Assembly: GCA_045837725.1 (NCBI GenBank)
Contig: JBEWZL010000047.1
Location: 49,644-69,643 of the forward strand
Length of the DNA stretch: 20,000 nucleotides
Origin: Vermamoeba vermiformis
Lineage: Eukaryota
Direction: 5' to 3'
A program made the translations under genes and the position numbers. The notes under the pieces are model-generated. The model worked only from the letters and a program-made list of their open reading frames with translations, made no database searches and was not told where the DNA came from. Shown piece after piece: positions 1 through 11,448 of this stretch; positions within the stretch are counted from its first letter, which is position 1, and each line of letters starts with the position of its first letter.

Positions 1-2909
1 ACCAAAAGGTACTTCTGAATTACAGTCGAAGCAGGACTAGTGGTTCGCATAATGTAAGCACCACTTCTTTGAGCGTCTCGGTATGCCATCAACTGGTGCA
101 CGTGTTAATAAGCACATCCAATACAATTTTGGCTTCATTACTTACGTCTTGGTTTAATTGCTGTGTTTTGCCTGTTTTTTTGTTCAGGATCTTGCCCATC
201 AAACCATTTGTCGAAGAGAAAATGATTTGTAAATTGTCGTTTTCAATGAACGCTGCCTCAGATCCATCAGCGTGAGTGATCGCAGCGAAGGAATAAATAC
301 TATCAACTTTAGGGCCATTGTAACCTTCGCGACTCCAAGCTTGTGTGGTCGGCACAGCAGCTAATGCAGTCGTCTCGGGATCCACCTTCAAGAAGTAGGT
401 TTCGGCTCCAAGTGGAGACACCTCAGCCAAAAAATACAAATAGAATCCAGTATTGTTTTTCAACGGATCAACGGGAATCATCTAGTCATAATGTTAGAGT
501 TAAAAATAAAACGAAATTAGTATCGCGTACCTCGCTTGGCACGTGATTGCCTGCAGCATCTGTGACAATAATCTTGTGCTTGGATTTGACGGTCAAATGT
601 TGGTACTGCTTTCGAGGCCAGCCAAGCGAGTTATGCACGGCAATAACGTAGTCAGTTTTCTCTTCGAAATCTAACACGCGCAATTCCGATTCAAACTCTG
701 GTGCTGCCTTATCACCAGCCAACAGCACCGACAATGACTTGGCGAGGGCAACTTTCGACGCATTGTAGCCCTTGTCGAGCCTGTTCGTGTAATCTTGAGC
801 CACGAATCCACGAGCTGTACCTGTAATGCCGTCGTGGTGTTGAACCAAAGCTGAGTCCTTTGCAGAAATCATAATTAATTAAAGCACTAAAATGTGATGT
901 TGTAATTGTGCATAGTCTAATCGTTGCACTAGATCCAGATCTAAGCTTAAGGAAAAACACTTACTCGGCGAGCCCATTTGAGATCATAAGCCGTATCAGC
1001 AATGTTAAGAATGTTCTTGCCATTAGGCACGTTTCCTTGCACGACCTTGTGATTGGCGAGTGCAACACCAGTCTCTGCAGACTTGATCATAGCATCCACT
1101 TCACGCGAGTGCAACTTCAGTGCAGGACGTGTGGTATAATAGCCCTGTTCATAGTTAGTATGTGCCCGCTTAGTATAACACTATACGTACTGTCCAATAG
1201 CTGTCGCCGTTGTCAGCGTACGGGAAGAAATCTCCGAAGAATGAGGGGAACTCGGCCTTCGCATTGTTGAGCGCATCAAAATATCGCGAGAGAGTTGAGT
1301 ATTGAATGTTAACACCAAAGTCAGGGTTGGCATTGATGTATTCTATCAACATATAAGAAATTGATCGTATGATCAGTTTTTCTGAAGGTACGTACTAATG
1401 AGCGGATCCATGTTAGAGAACTGTTTGGTGGCATCAACGAACTTAAAGTCATCGCCCCACGGTACCAACAAGTTATTAGTACGATAGGCAGTGGCTCTGC
1501 CCGTCAAAATATTGACGAGTTCTCGTGCACGCTTTGCTTTGTTCTCTTCTGTCGTGGTCATCCAAGTCTCTTCGAAATCAAATCCTCTTCAACAATGGAG
1601 TTAGCTAATAGTACAATATAACTTCATATTGTTAATGAAATTTTCGATGGAATGGTCGTATAATTAGTAAATTAGAATTATAACTTACTGAGGAGCAGAA
1701 TAATGCGTGTGAAGCACGTGGGTCATAATCTTCGAGTCAGCTCTATAATTGATTAATTTATAAGTATTCATAGTATCCATTATAGTGTTATTTTCTTACT
1801 GGTTCAATCCGTGCCAGATAAATTCCATGTGCTTTGCTGACTTGTACTTGTTCTAGGAAATATTTTCGTTACATTTCGTTCATAATAATTTTATATAATA
1901 GGTCTAGAGTTACCTTCAAATCAAAATGAATTCTATTGATAACAAGTGCATCAAATCCTGCTTTCGCGAACAAACTTGGAGTCAAAGATGAATGACCGAA
2001 CGGATCAATCTTAAAAAAATAAATAAGATTAAAATAATTAATGTTAATATTAATGTTGCTATTTACCTGCCAAGCAACGCGTGGTTTAACTTTGAAGTTT
2101 TCCCACAAGTATTGATGACCTTCTGTGACCTGATCTATCACTTGATGATAATGCGCATTGGCTTCATCGTTTTGGACCCATCCACCTGCAAATTATAATA
2201 TAATTATCTTTTCAAACAAGTGCACGAGAAATACGGATTAACGTTGTTCGTTAAACCGGATTTGACAACAAAAATTGAAAAAAATCAAAATAAATCTTAC
2301 CAGCGACGAATTCGAATTGCTTGTTATCAATTAACTTCTTTAGCTTCGCTTTGACGTCATTAGTTTGACTCTCGTACCACCGCTCAAAAAAAGAACTAGT
2401 CGTCGGAAAAATTAGAATCACAGCCGGAACTTTGCATGCAAAAAATTGATCGTATAATTATGATAAATAGGACTTACATCTCGGCCCAGACAAATGTACG
2501 CGAAGGATCTTTGGATAACTCGTTGACTACGTTTGTTAAGATCCGAGTTACGCGCATATTAAAATAACCCTAAAAAAGTTTTGTAGTTTTAGCAGCATTC
2601 GATTATAATAATATTAATTCAAGAAGAATATACTAATATGATCATGATATCATTTGATAAAAGGAGAATTCATTTTTTTGAATTTTGAAAAATAACGATC
2701 TGTTTTGAATTTACACAGAAAATCTTCTAAAATCGTGCTAACATTTAATTAATGGATTATTAGCATATAATAATTACCTCGAATGTTTCTAACCAGCCAG
2801 GATCGCAATGGGAATGCGGGATCAGATGAACATTCAAAGGCTCTGCAGACGATAGCCCAGCAAAGAGCACGACAGAACATGCAATAATAAATAAATATAT
2901 ATATCTCAT
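1..2909 (-). CDS. Lysosomal-type alpha-mannosidase, glycoside hydrolase family 38 (multi-exon; 3' end runs out of the window)
   Basis: The ATG at 2909 gives signal peptide [22 protein letters not shown], then [18 protein letters not shown] (GH38 Zn-binding HSHxDxGW). Spliced exons give [31 protein letters not shown] (nucleophile Asp), [41 protein letters not shown] and SGAYIMR. All joins are GT-AG and in frame. Confidence 0.95.
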
Positions 2910-3067
2910 ATTACACTATTGTACATGGGTTAAGATTTAAATAATGACGAAACAACGTCAGCAATTTTTTGTCCCATTTTTTTTGAGCCAAATAATTCCA
3001 GCCCAGCACGCGTACGACTCTATTGCCTATTATTTCATATTAGTCCATAATACGACACACATATAAG

Positions 3068-4084
3068 ATGACGGCAGATAAAAGAAATGATTCAGTAACA
3101 ATAGGAGTTCGCTCGATCTTCAGTCGGCCATTAGATTTATTATTATGCTTTGTATTTTTAGTCAAGGCTATTATTGCCGCATATTCCGATATTATGAACG
3201 CTATAGGTAATTATTGCCAATCAAATTACGAAGTAACGGTCACCAGACAGATCCGTAATAGTTATTACGATGTCTTCTTTCCACAAATATTAATTACATT
3301 ATTTTCTCCTATAATTATTAAATGCAAATATTAATATTCGACGTAAGGAGCGAAAATAAGGCCGTAATTAATTTTTCTCCTTGTCAGGTCCGATCGAAGG
3401 CAAAATGTCGCCCGAAACCGTAAAAGATTATGCTTGGCCTCCTAAAATGTGGTGGGACTTATTTTGGTGGTGGACTGACTTGGCAGATCCTCATTTACGC
3501 GTCAATCCGGTCTGGCTCAAGGTCGGATGCGCCTTGTCGGCTTACGTTTATACTCCTTTCTATTTCATTGCCATCTACGCATTTGTGAAAGGTAATATAA
3601 GCACTCCTAGTTATATAGCATGAAGTCTAACCCTTTTTCGAAAGGACGTAACTGGATTCGTGATTGGGTCCTGATGTGGGGCTGGGGCATGATTTTGACT
3701 GTCGTAAGTAATATTAATACATTTAATACCACCCTTAAATATAATAATCGATTGTGGCTTAAACGTGTTCACGAAGATCTGATCCGTTGAGTTGGTCTCG
3801 TTACAAAATGATACAATAAGACATATTCGCCTATTACTTATACTTAAGTTAATGATTTCCATTCATTAGGTGTTTGTTTTGAGCGAATTAACTATGTCTG
3901 AGAAACATTACAGCAACAACTTGTTGCTCGCCTACATCGGTACGTAAATATACGGTCTTGAAACGTTACTTATTATTAATAATATGCTGCTGTAGTCTAC
4001 GGTGCTTATATTCTATTCCCATTCTTTGCAATGGTTCGCGTGTGGCCGAAAAATGTTTTTGGCGTAAAAGAGAAAAATGAATAA
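3068..4084 (+). CDS. EXPERA-domain (TMEM97/TM6SF/EBP-like) multi-pass ER membrane protein, 5 exons
   Basis: Spliced product: ..SRPLDLLLCFVFLV..DIMNAI/GP..WWDLFWWWTDLADPHLRVNPVWLK..YVYTPFYFIAIYAFVK/GRNWIRDWVLMWGWGMILTV/VFVLSEL../VYGAYILFPFFAMVRVWPKNVFGVKEKNE*. It has four hydrophobic segments, the DP..P.W motif typical of EXPERA, and a C-terminal KxKxx ER-retrieval signal (KEKNE). Confidence 0.75.
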
Positions 4085-4178
4085 AACTCGTAGTGCCAGT
4101 GGCGCAAATGAATGCAAACAGAATAAATTATAAACAATACACCAAATATAATATTTATTGATAGAATCTAAAACGGTA

Positions 4179-4737
4179 TCACCTTTCACGCTTCTTTGTT
4201 ACCATTACGCTTTGTACCTTCGTACCGATCCAGTTCTTTGATACTAAATCCCGTAAAATCTTCAGTCGGCGGGCATAAGCAAGCATACTGTTATCCTTGT
4301 AATGATATAAGCATATCAATTTAGCATTAAAAGTAAACTACCTTACTACGGTACTCCAAAATAGCTTTTTGCAAATCTAGCAGCTCATAATGCAGTTGTT
4401 GCAAGTCTTGTGAATCATCGAGTACTTTTTGTTGCGCTTCATTTACAAACGGCAGAAATTCATGGTTTGCAACCCGCAACAGATTTTGCATCTCTTTTAC
4501 CTCATCTGCTATTTCTTGGGTTTTTACCGCAATTATTTTTAATTTTTCTTGTATCCTTTTTTCAACCTCTTTCTTTTCGTCGTCTGTGTAAATTATGAAT
4601 GAATTTTTACCAGTAGACGAATTTTGTTTTGCAAGATTCGTTTTTTTTCCTGGTTTTTCTAGTAGGGTTGGGCCCTCCGAAGTTAATGGTGAAGCCAGTC
4701 GTCCTTCAGACCTGCTGGAGTTTTTTTGTTCTGCCAT
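4179..4737 (-). CDS. Hypothetical coiled-coil protein, about 170 aa, 2 exons (4737-4342, 4295-4179)
   Basis: The 136-aa ORF has a disordered N-terminus and a heptad-like helical region. A 46-nt GT..AG intron (4341-4296) extends it in frame to DNSMLAYARRLKILRDLVSKNWIGTKVQSVMVTKKRER*. No family recognised. Confidence 0.6.
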
Positions 4738-5239
4738 TAGTAGACCCGTTGTGTTATCTCAGCGAATGAGCGAAGGCAATAAGAGCGAGTATGAAGGGAA
4801 TTAAAACAAATTTGAATATGACTAAAAAATGCTTCACGTGTTGAGTTCGTATTGTGTTAGATGTTACAAAAGGATTAAGACAAAAAAAACATCAACCAGT
4901 GGTAATTTGCAGATCTGTGCAATGCTTCTTAAATTTTTGATAACACAACCTTCAAATTCACCACTACACTTGTCAAAGGCACGTGACTTCGTTTCTTGGC
5001 AGTGCCTTTCACACCAAACCTAGTACTTGAGCAAGATCTGATCCTATCAAACACTGGATACAAACAAAGTTAAATTAGTGATGCTGTAATTGTCCTCCAA
5101 GGCGCCATCATTAAAAGCTATCTCCAATAACACTGTAGAGCCAAGAAAAAGTGCCATTTTGTTGCTTCAAATGCTCTTCAGTCACAAGCAAAGCACTGCC
5201 ATTGAATGACCTAATCAAAGATTTGATGATGCTGACTGG

Positions 5240-8195
5240 TTAAATTTCCTCTTTGGAGTCAAAGTTAGCTTCTAAAATGTACTCATCCAAATCTGATTCT
5301 TCCTCTTCCAATTCACCCTCCAATTTGAATTCGGTTAGTTGCGCAAATTGTGCCACAAATGGACCGTAATAGAGTTTAATATTTTCTGAATGTACGATTG
5401 CCAAAGAAGCTGGCAAATCCTCAGGTATGTTGGTAATCGTCTTGTTGGTGATGAACAGATAAATCACAGTGTACTCCTGTTCAAAGATTTGAAGGCACTT
5501 TTGCAATGAGTTGAACCAATGCTCGATCTGGATGTAGTTAATTGTAGTAATTTCTTGTTTGGTGTCTGCCTTTTGCAGGTGCTTCAGCTGCTTGACGAGC
5601 ATCACTGGCTTTGAACCTTCTGCAGACTTGAAGAATGTGCGGCCATCAACACAGGGATTGCCTGTCTTGCAAAGGAAGGTATAGTGGAAAAATTCAATTT
5701 TTGGAACCTTTCGGACTTCAGTGACAATGTTCTGACGATTGTTAGTGATTAAAATTTGTAGCAGGAGACTAACCTCTTCGAGCGCAACTGGTCTCTTTGA
5801 ATTCTTTTTGATGAACTGCTCCACTTCAGTAGCACACTGTATGGGCTGTAGCTGAATTTTGATATTCGCTAGTGTTTGAGACAACTTGGCACCATTCAGA
5901 AGCTCACCGACTGTTATTGCTGTGTCTTTCACGTACATCAGTGCTTGAATACGAACAGGCTACATTTCAGATCCATTAGTTGTTGCTACGATAAATCAAA
6001 AAATAGAATACCATCAGTTGGTGATCAAGCAACTCAAACATATGCCAAGTAAATCGCACACCAAGAGAGGGCATCAGGCTTGGTGATATCAACGGCAATA
6101 AATTTGCACCGTATTCGTCAAGTCCGTAGGTTTCGTTTGCTTGGTGTACCCAATGGTAGGGCAAGAAAACACCAACATTTCGACGATAAATTATACCTTG
6201 AATTTCAAGTTGGTCTATCAATTGTGCTTGTAGAGTCTTGAGGAGAGAAAACGGCGTTCCAGCCAGAACAAAGTGAAGAAGTTTTCTAAAACCAGAAATT
6301 TCCTGAAGTTTTTTCATCATCTGCATGGTAAAGTCAGTGCGGTCAAGATAATAACTCATGTTACCTCAGTTGTTTTGTTCAGCAATTCGCTTGTAATTTG
6401 ACCAGTAATTGCCTCGATAGAGTCTTCAGATGGCTGAGCACTTGACAAATATCTCTGTATGATTGATATAATAGACTCTAAAACATGAGGTGTAGAGCAC
6501 ATCAAAAACAAAACTCGCTGAAATTTGACGTCTTCAAGCCAAGCCGCGTGGTTGGGTAAGCAAGCCAGGAAGATTTGTTTGATGCTGTCGAAAGAGAGCG
6601 GCGGCAGAGCCATCTTTAACTGCCCAAATCCAGAAGCAACGACAAACTGCTTGTCGATGACTTGCTCAACGGTGCCTGCTATGACAGGATATATAACGAA
6701 GTTGTCGATTGGAGCTCCAGATTTCATATATGTTCCGATGCATTTGAGAATATCTCGCGACAGTTGCAGATTCTGAGTGACAACGGTGTTAAACTCATCC
6801 AAGACCAGAATCACAGCACAAAGTCCAGGTGGGTAATCCAATCGTAGAGTCGCCATGACAGTATCGAAGGTAAAGGTCCGTCGAAGTAAGTCCGGGTAGT
6901 CCGCACATGTTGTTAAAAGGGCTGACTTTGTGCAGCCACACAGTGCCTTTGCAGCCACTCTCATGCCAAGAATTAACTCGCAATTAGTCTCACCCACAGT
7001 TAATTGATCTCTGTTACTGAAATCAATGTAAACAGTTACAACGCTAGTGATCTATTATCAATTTGTTAATTATTACCTTAAAATGAAACTTAGTGATTAC
7101 CTTTGGATTTTGTTTAACAAACTCGGTGCACCATTCTTTCATCTCCTCACAAATGCGCGATTTTCCGCTTCCGCTGCCAGCTGAGACCGTGCAAAAGAAG
7201 TGTCTATTTTTAGTAGTATTTCCGAATGCTGCGAAGTTTGAAGAGAATAATAACTGTGCAGTTTCTTTGGCTTCTCTCCGGTCAAGCAGTGGCATTTGCA
7301 TATATGTAACAGGGCCACTTCCAACTTTGAAAGGAATTGCAAGTTCCTTTCGTAAAGAGCGGATGAATGCAATCTTCTCGTTAATTGTTCGGAGGCGTAA
7401 AGTATTGGCATACTCCAACAAATACTTTTGTTCGGTGTCTGCGTTCCGTTAGTTATTAAAAACTGATTAAGAGGATCAACCAGTACTTACACGTGTCTAA
7501 AGTTAAATTTTGTAATTGACTTTCAATGGACAGGGCTGGGTGGGTAGTAGGTTTGTTTATTTCGATCTCAGCCCACAACTTCCGCAATAACATCTTTGAA
7601 ATCCTCTTCTGCTCTGTATATTCTTTGAAATCATCTAAAAGGTCTTCGAAGCTTTGGTACGTAATAAGGGTTTCGACGGAAAAGTTCAAGACTTTTCGCG
7701 CCCAAATCGCAACTTGTCTCTGGTGCCAATCAAGCTGCGGTGTGGTGTCTTTAGTTATATGGACACGTGCCCATTCCTCCAATTGCTCTTCAGACCACTT
7801 TTCAACAGGGAGAGTACAATCAAAAGACGTATCTGCGATTTTAAAAATATGTTAATTTGATGCTTATTTGCAGAATACGTAAAACTTTTTTTTAAATTCA
7901 ACGTTTGAGTTAATTTGATTGCTTATTATTTGCAAATAAACGATATACTATTCTAAACATATTAATTATTGCTCCGAGCGGGAATTTAATTAATTGAGAC
8001 AAAAAATGAGGATTTGGATTCAAATTTTCGGGCAAGTTAATTAAATTTCTTTTGGGTAGGTATTCAACTACGCGGTAAAGAAAATAAATAATAGAATATA
8101 ATTATTTTGATTTAGTACTATTTGGTGGCGCGTAATTTAGGCTAAATGCCCAACAATGCAGACCAATCGATGTTACCTCTATTTTTCACCTCCAT
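5240..8195 (-). CDS. Crinkler/RHS-like protein: SAM-like header + P-loop NTPase + PD-(D/E)xK restriction-endonuclease-fold domain, about 804 aa, 6 exons
   Basis: Exons 8195-8177, 7832-7491, 7438-7101, 7051-6365, 6320-6012 and 5959-5240 join through GT-AG introns into one 2415-nt frame. Motifs: VEKWSEEQLEEWA (SAM-like), SAGSGSGKSR (Walker A), VYIDFSN, VILVLDEFN (Walker B), PVIAGT, LPPLS, and C-terminal GNPCVDG...VKQLKH (D..QxK nuclease core). The 19-nt first exon is the least certain part. Confidence 0.75.
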
Positions 8196-8479
8196 TATAT
8201 TAATATAAGAAATTGTGCTGAAATACTTCGTCCGTGGTAATCAAACAAAGCAGAGATAAAGTTCAAAAAAATGGGCTTCCAATTTTTGACGATGTGCCCG
8301 CCTGCACTGACAGTGTTTGGGTGTCTCGAAGTCTAATATTCGTGACGATTAAAAGAAAGCGAGTTTGGTCCCAAATACGTCAAGATTAATGACATGGAAA
8401 GCAAAACGCCCACTGTCATAATGTCAACAAAAAATTTCTGCGAGCATTTTTATCTATTTTTGACCACAGGAACCACAGT

Positions 8480-11448
8480 ATGTCTAATATTGGTCATCTT
8501 GCTATCTTAGTGCTGCTGAGTACTACCCTGGTGTACTCTCAACAGCTTTCAATCTTCGTTGCGGTGGACGGATCGGATGCAACTGGTGATGGCTCGATGA
8601 ATAAACCGTTCCAGACAATTACCGCTGCCAGAGATTATATACGCAGTAATGTCACGAAAGCGAATTTTAACGGTACGTGAATAAAAGAAATTAAAATGCC
8701 TGTTGAAATTAATACTGAATTACGTAATGCAGAGATCAATGTCGAAGTTCGCGGTGGAATGTATTTCCTTGCCGATACCATTGCATTTACGCAAGAGGAC
8801 TCTGGCACTAACCAAACATTGGTTCGTTATAGGTAAATATCTTTTTGATTCCATTTTAAAAATATTGCTAGCGCGGTTAATTTTATTCCGGCTCGCTTTA
8901 TGAACAATACCAACATAAATCATGTTTTTAATTTTCTACAATTAGGGCATATAATAACGAGCAAGTTACTTTGGTTGGAGGTATTTCTCTTGGTGGATGG
9001 AGTTCCGTAACAGATTCGGGAGTGCTCAACCGCTTGAAGACCGATGCAAAAACAAATGTAAGGCGGTATTACTATAAGCATGTTATGTACGACATTAACA
9101 AGTTAAAATTAGGTCAAAGCAGCGTCTTTAGGTGATGCTGATCCGGGTACCTTACAGAACCGTGGATTTTCCTTCTTTGGAAATTATGCAGCTATGGAAT
9201 TGTTCTTCAAGACCGATCCAATGACCCTCGCACGATATCCTAATAACGTAAGTATCACAATTTGGCTATTTTTAGCTGACAAGCGCAACACAGGATTTTT
9301 TGTTGATCTCGGCCGTTACCGGATCAACAGTGCAATTCACTGAAGCCAATAGCAATGTCGCTAATTGGCAACAAGAAAGCGATCCGTGGGCCTTTGGATA
9401 CTGGAAGTACGATTGGGCCGATGAGTAAGTATCAACCTATCAAAATGTCAAAAACTTGATCTTATCCATGAATTGAATCAAACAGCTACGTGAAATTAGA
9501 TTCATTCAGTGCCAGTGGAAACAACGTGTCATTTCAAGTTGTCGGCGATCAGCCTGGATTTGGCATTGGTGCAGATCAGCGATTCTACTTCCAAAACTTC
9601 TTGTCTGAACTCGATAGTCCCGGCGAGTACTACATTGACCGTGCTAACAAAAAGATCTATTTTTGGCCTCCCAGCAACGACTACTCTGACAGCGACTTTA
9701 TTGTTTCAACCAACGATTACATCTTCAAGTTGAACGACGTGTCATATTTCACTCTCGAAGGATTTACCATTGAAGCCACTCGCAGATCAGTAAGTTAGTT
9801 GGATAAATTACCATAAAAGGAAATAATTGACTTATTAATTTTATTTCTAAGGGCATTGACGGTCGCGACCTGACTAATGTAAGACCGACGAAATCTCGGC
9901 CAAAAATATCCAATTAACATAGGATTTGTACAGGTGACAGTTCGTGGTCTGACTATTAGAAACACTGGCACTGACGGTGCTGTGTTAGAAGGCCCGAAGA
10001 ACATTCTTGTCGAGAACTGTGTGGTGAACAATCCAGGTGACCGTGGATTTTCATTCTACGGAGGAGACCGTGCCACGTTGACGCGATCAAGTAAGCCTTA
10101 CGATTACACTGTGATTGCAACCTAACGTGCTTTAGATCATATGGTACGCAATAACATTGTGAAAAATTTCAGTCGTTGGTCGAAGACTTACCGACCCGCG
10201 TTCAATGTTGATGGCGTTGGTACCACGATTGAGCACAATGAAATGTTCAACGGACCTCACACTGCGTTGTTGTGGAGCGGCAACTATCACACGATGCAGT
10301 ACAACATCATTCACGATGTAAGTACGACACTTTTCGAGAGACACTTTTACCTATTGTATTTGCAGGTTTGTCGCGAGACTGGTGACGTTGGTGCGTTTTA
10401 TTCTGGCAGAGATTGGACTCGCCGTGGTAACGTCATCAAGCACAACTTTTTCTAGTAAGTACAAACGTGTCATCATGGCGTCAAAGTCCTGTACTCACAC
10501 CGTCGTTACGCACAGCAACATCAATGGTCCTGGTGCTCTTGGTGCCTCAGGCGTTTATTTTGACGATCAGTACAGTTCTGGTGACATCATCGGAAACGTC
10601 TTTTACAACGTCTATCGCGTACGTAGAAGCTAATTTCTAAATGGCTCTCGTGTTCTCATTTTAACTGTCTCGCAGGCGATTCTGATCGGCGGAGGTCGCG
10701 ACAACAACATCCATTACAATCTGTTCGTTGACTGCCAGACCGGTGTTGCTATTGGTAAGTCAAAACATGGGTCGAGCGCGGAAATCCAATCCTGAAATTT
10801 CGTTTAGACGCTCGTGGATTGGGTCTGTGCGGACCTCAAAATGACGGTACTTTGAACACTAACTTGGACGCCGTGCCCTACAAACAAGAGCCCTGGTTGT
10901 CTGCTTTCCCGACTTTAGCAACCATTTTGGATGCAAGTACTGATTGCTTCGAACAAACAAATTAATGAAATTGATTCGTGGAATTTAACGCACATTATTT
11001 AGAATGAGCCCAACGCGCCTATAGGCAATAACTTTGGTTACAATTTGTTCGTCAACATGAGCGACACGTGGAAGTCGTTCTGTCCCGAGGATCAAGTCAC
11101 GCCGTTCATCAATATGACCGAGAACTGCTTCAATTTGACGCGCGAAGACTTTGTCGATGCTAACGGCCTCAACTTTGAGCTCGTGAGTGGTGCGCTGAAC
11201 AAGTGCTCCAGCTCATTCAGTGCCGTGTACCAGGCCATTCCATTCGATACCATTGGTGCCCAGAACTTAAGTACGTATTCTATATTATTATATGTTCTGT
11301 CTTATTAATCGATGGTGCAGATCAATCGCCTCAAAGCGGATCGGGTCCTTCAGCGTCTTCAAACACACCGAAAGCAGGTTCATCGGCAGTTAGCAACGCT
11401 AGTTCTTTACTCGTTTTTGTAGTTATGCTTGGTATTGGAATGTTTTAA
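8480..11448 (+). CDS. Secreted, probably GPI-anchored right-handed parallel beta-helix protein (GH141-like/pectin-lyase fold), 15 exons
   Basis: A signal peptide is followed by IFVAVDGSDATGDGSMNKPFQTITAARD, VRGGMYFL..F..EDSG, YRAYNNE, MELFF..MTLARYPN, GYWKYDWAD, RFYFQNFLSELDSPGEYYID, CRETGDVGAFYSGRDW, GVYFDD and IGGGRDN. It ends in a Ser/Pro linker and hydrophobic tail (LLVFVVMLGIGMF*). All 14 introns join in frame, one of them GC-AG. Confidence 0.85.

Noticed and set aside
4829-5023. 64-aa + strand ORF in the spacer
   Set aside because: It has no motifs or convincing splice structure, and its length is compatible with chance.
6525-7860. Several + strand ORFs of 60-120 aa
   Set aside because: They are antisense shadows of the Crinkler-like exons and carry no motifs.
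4860-8470. Crinkler-like locus as an intact transposon
   Set aside because: No terminal inverted repeats or target-site duplication could be found by eye, and the gene has ordinary introns.
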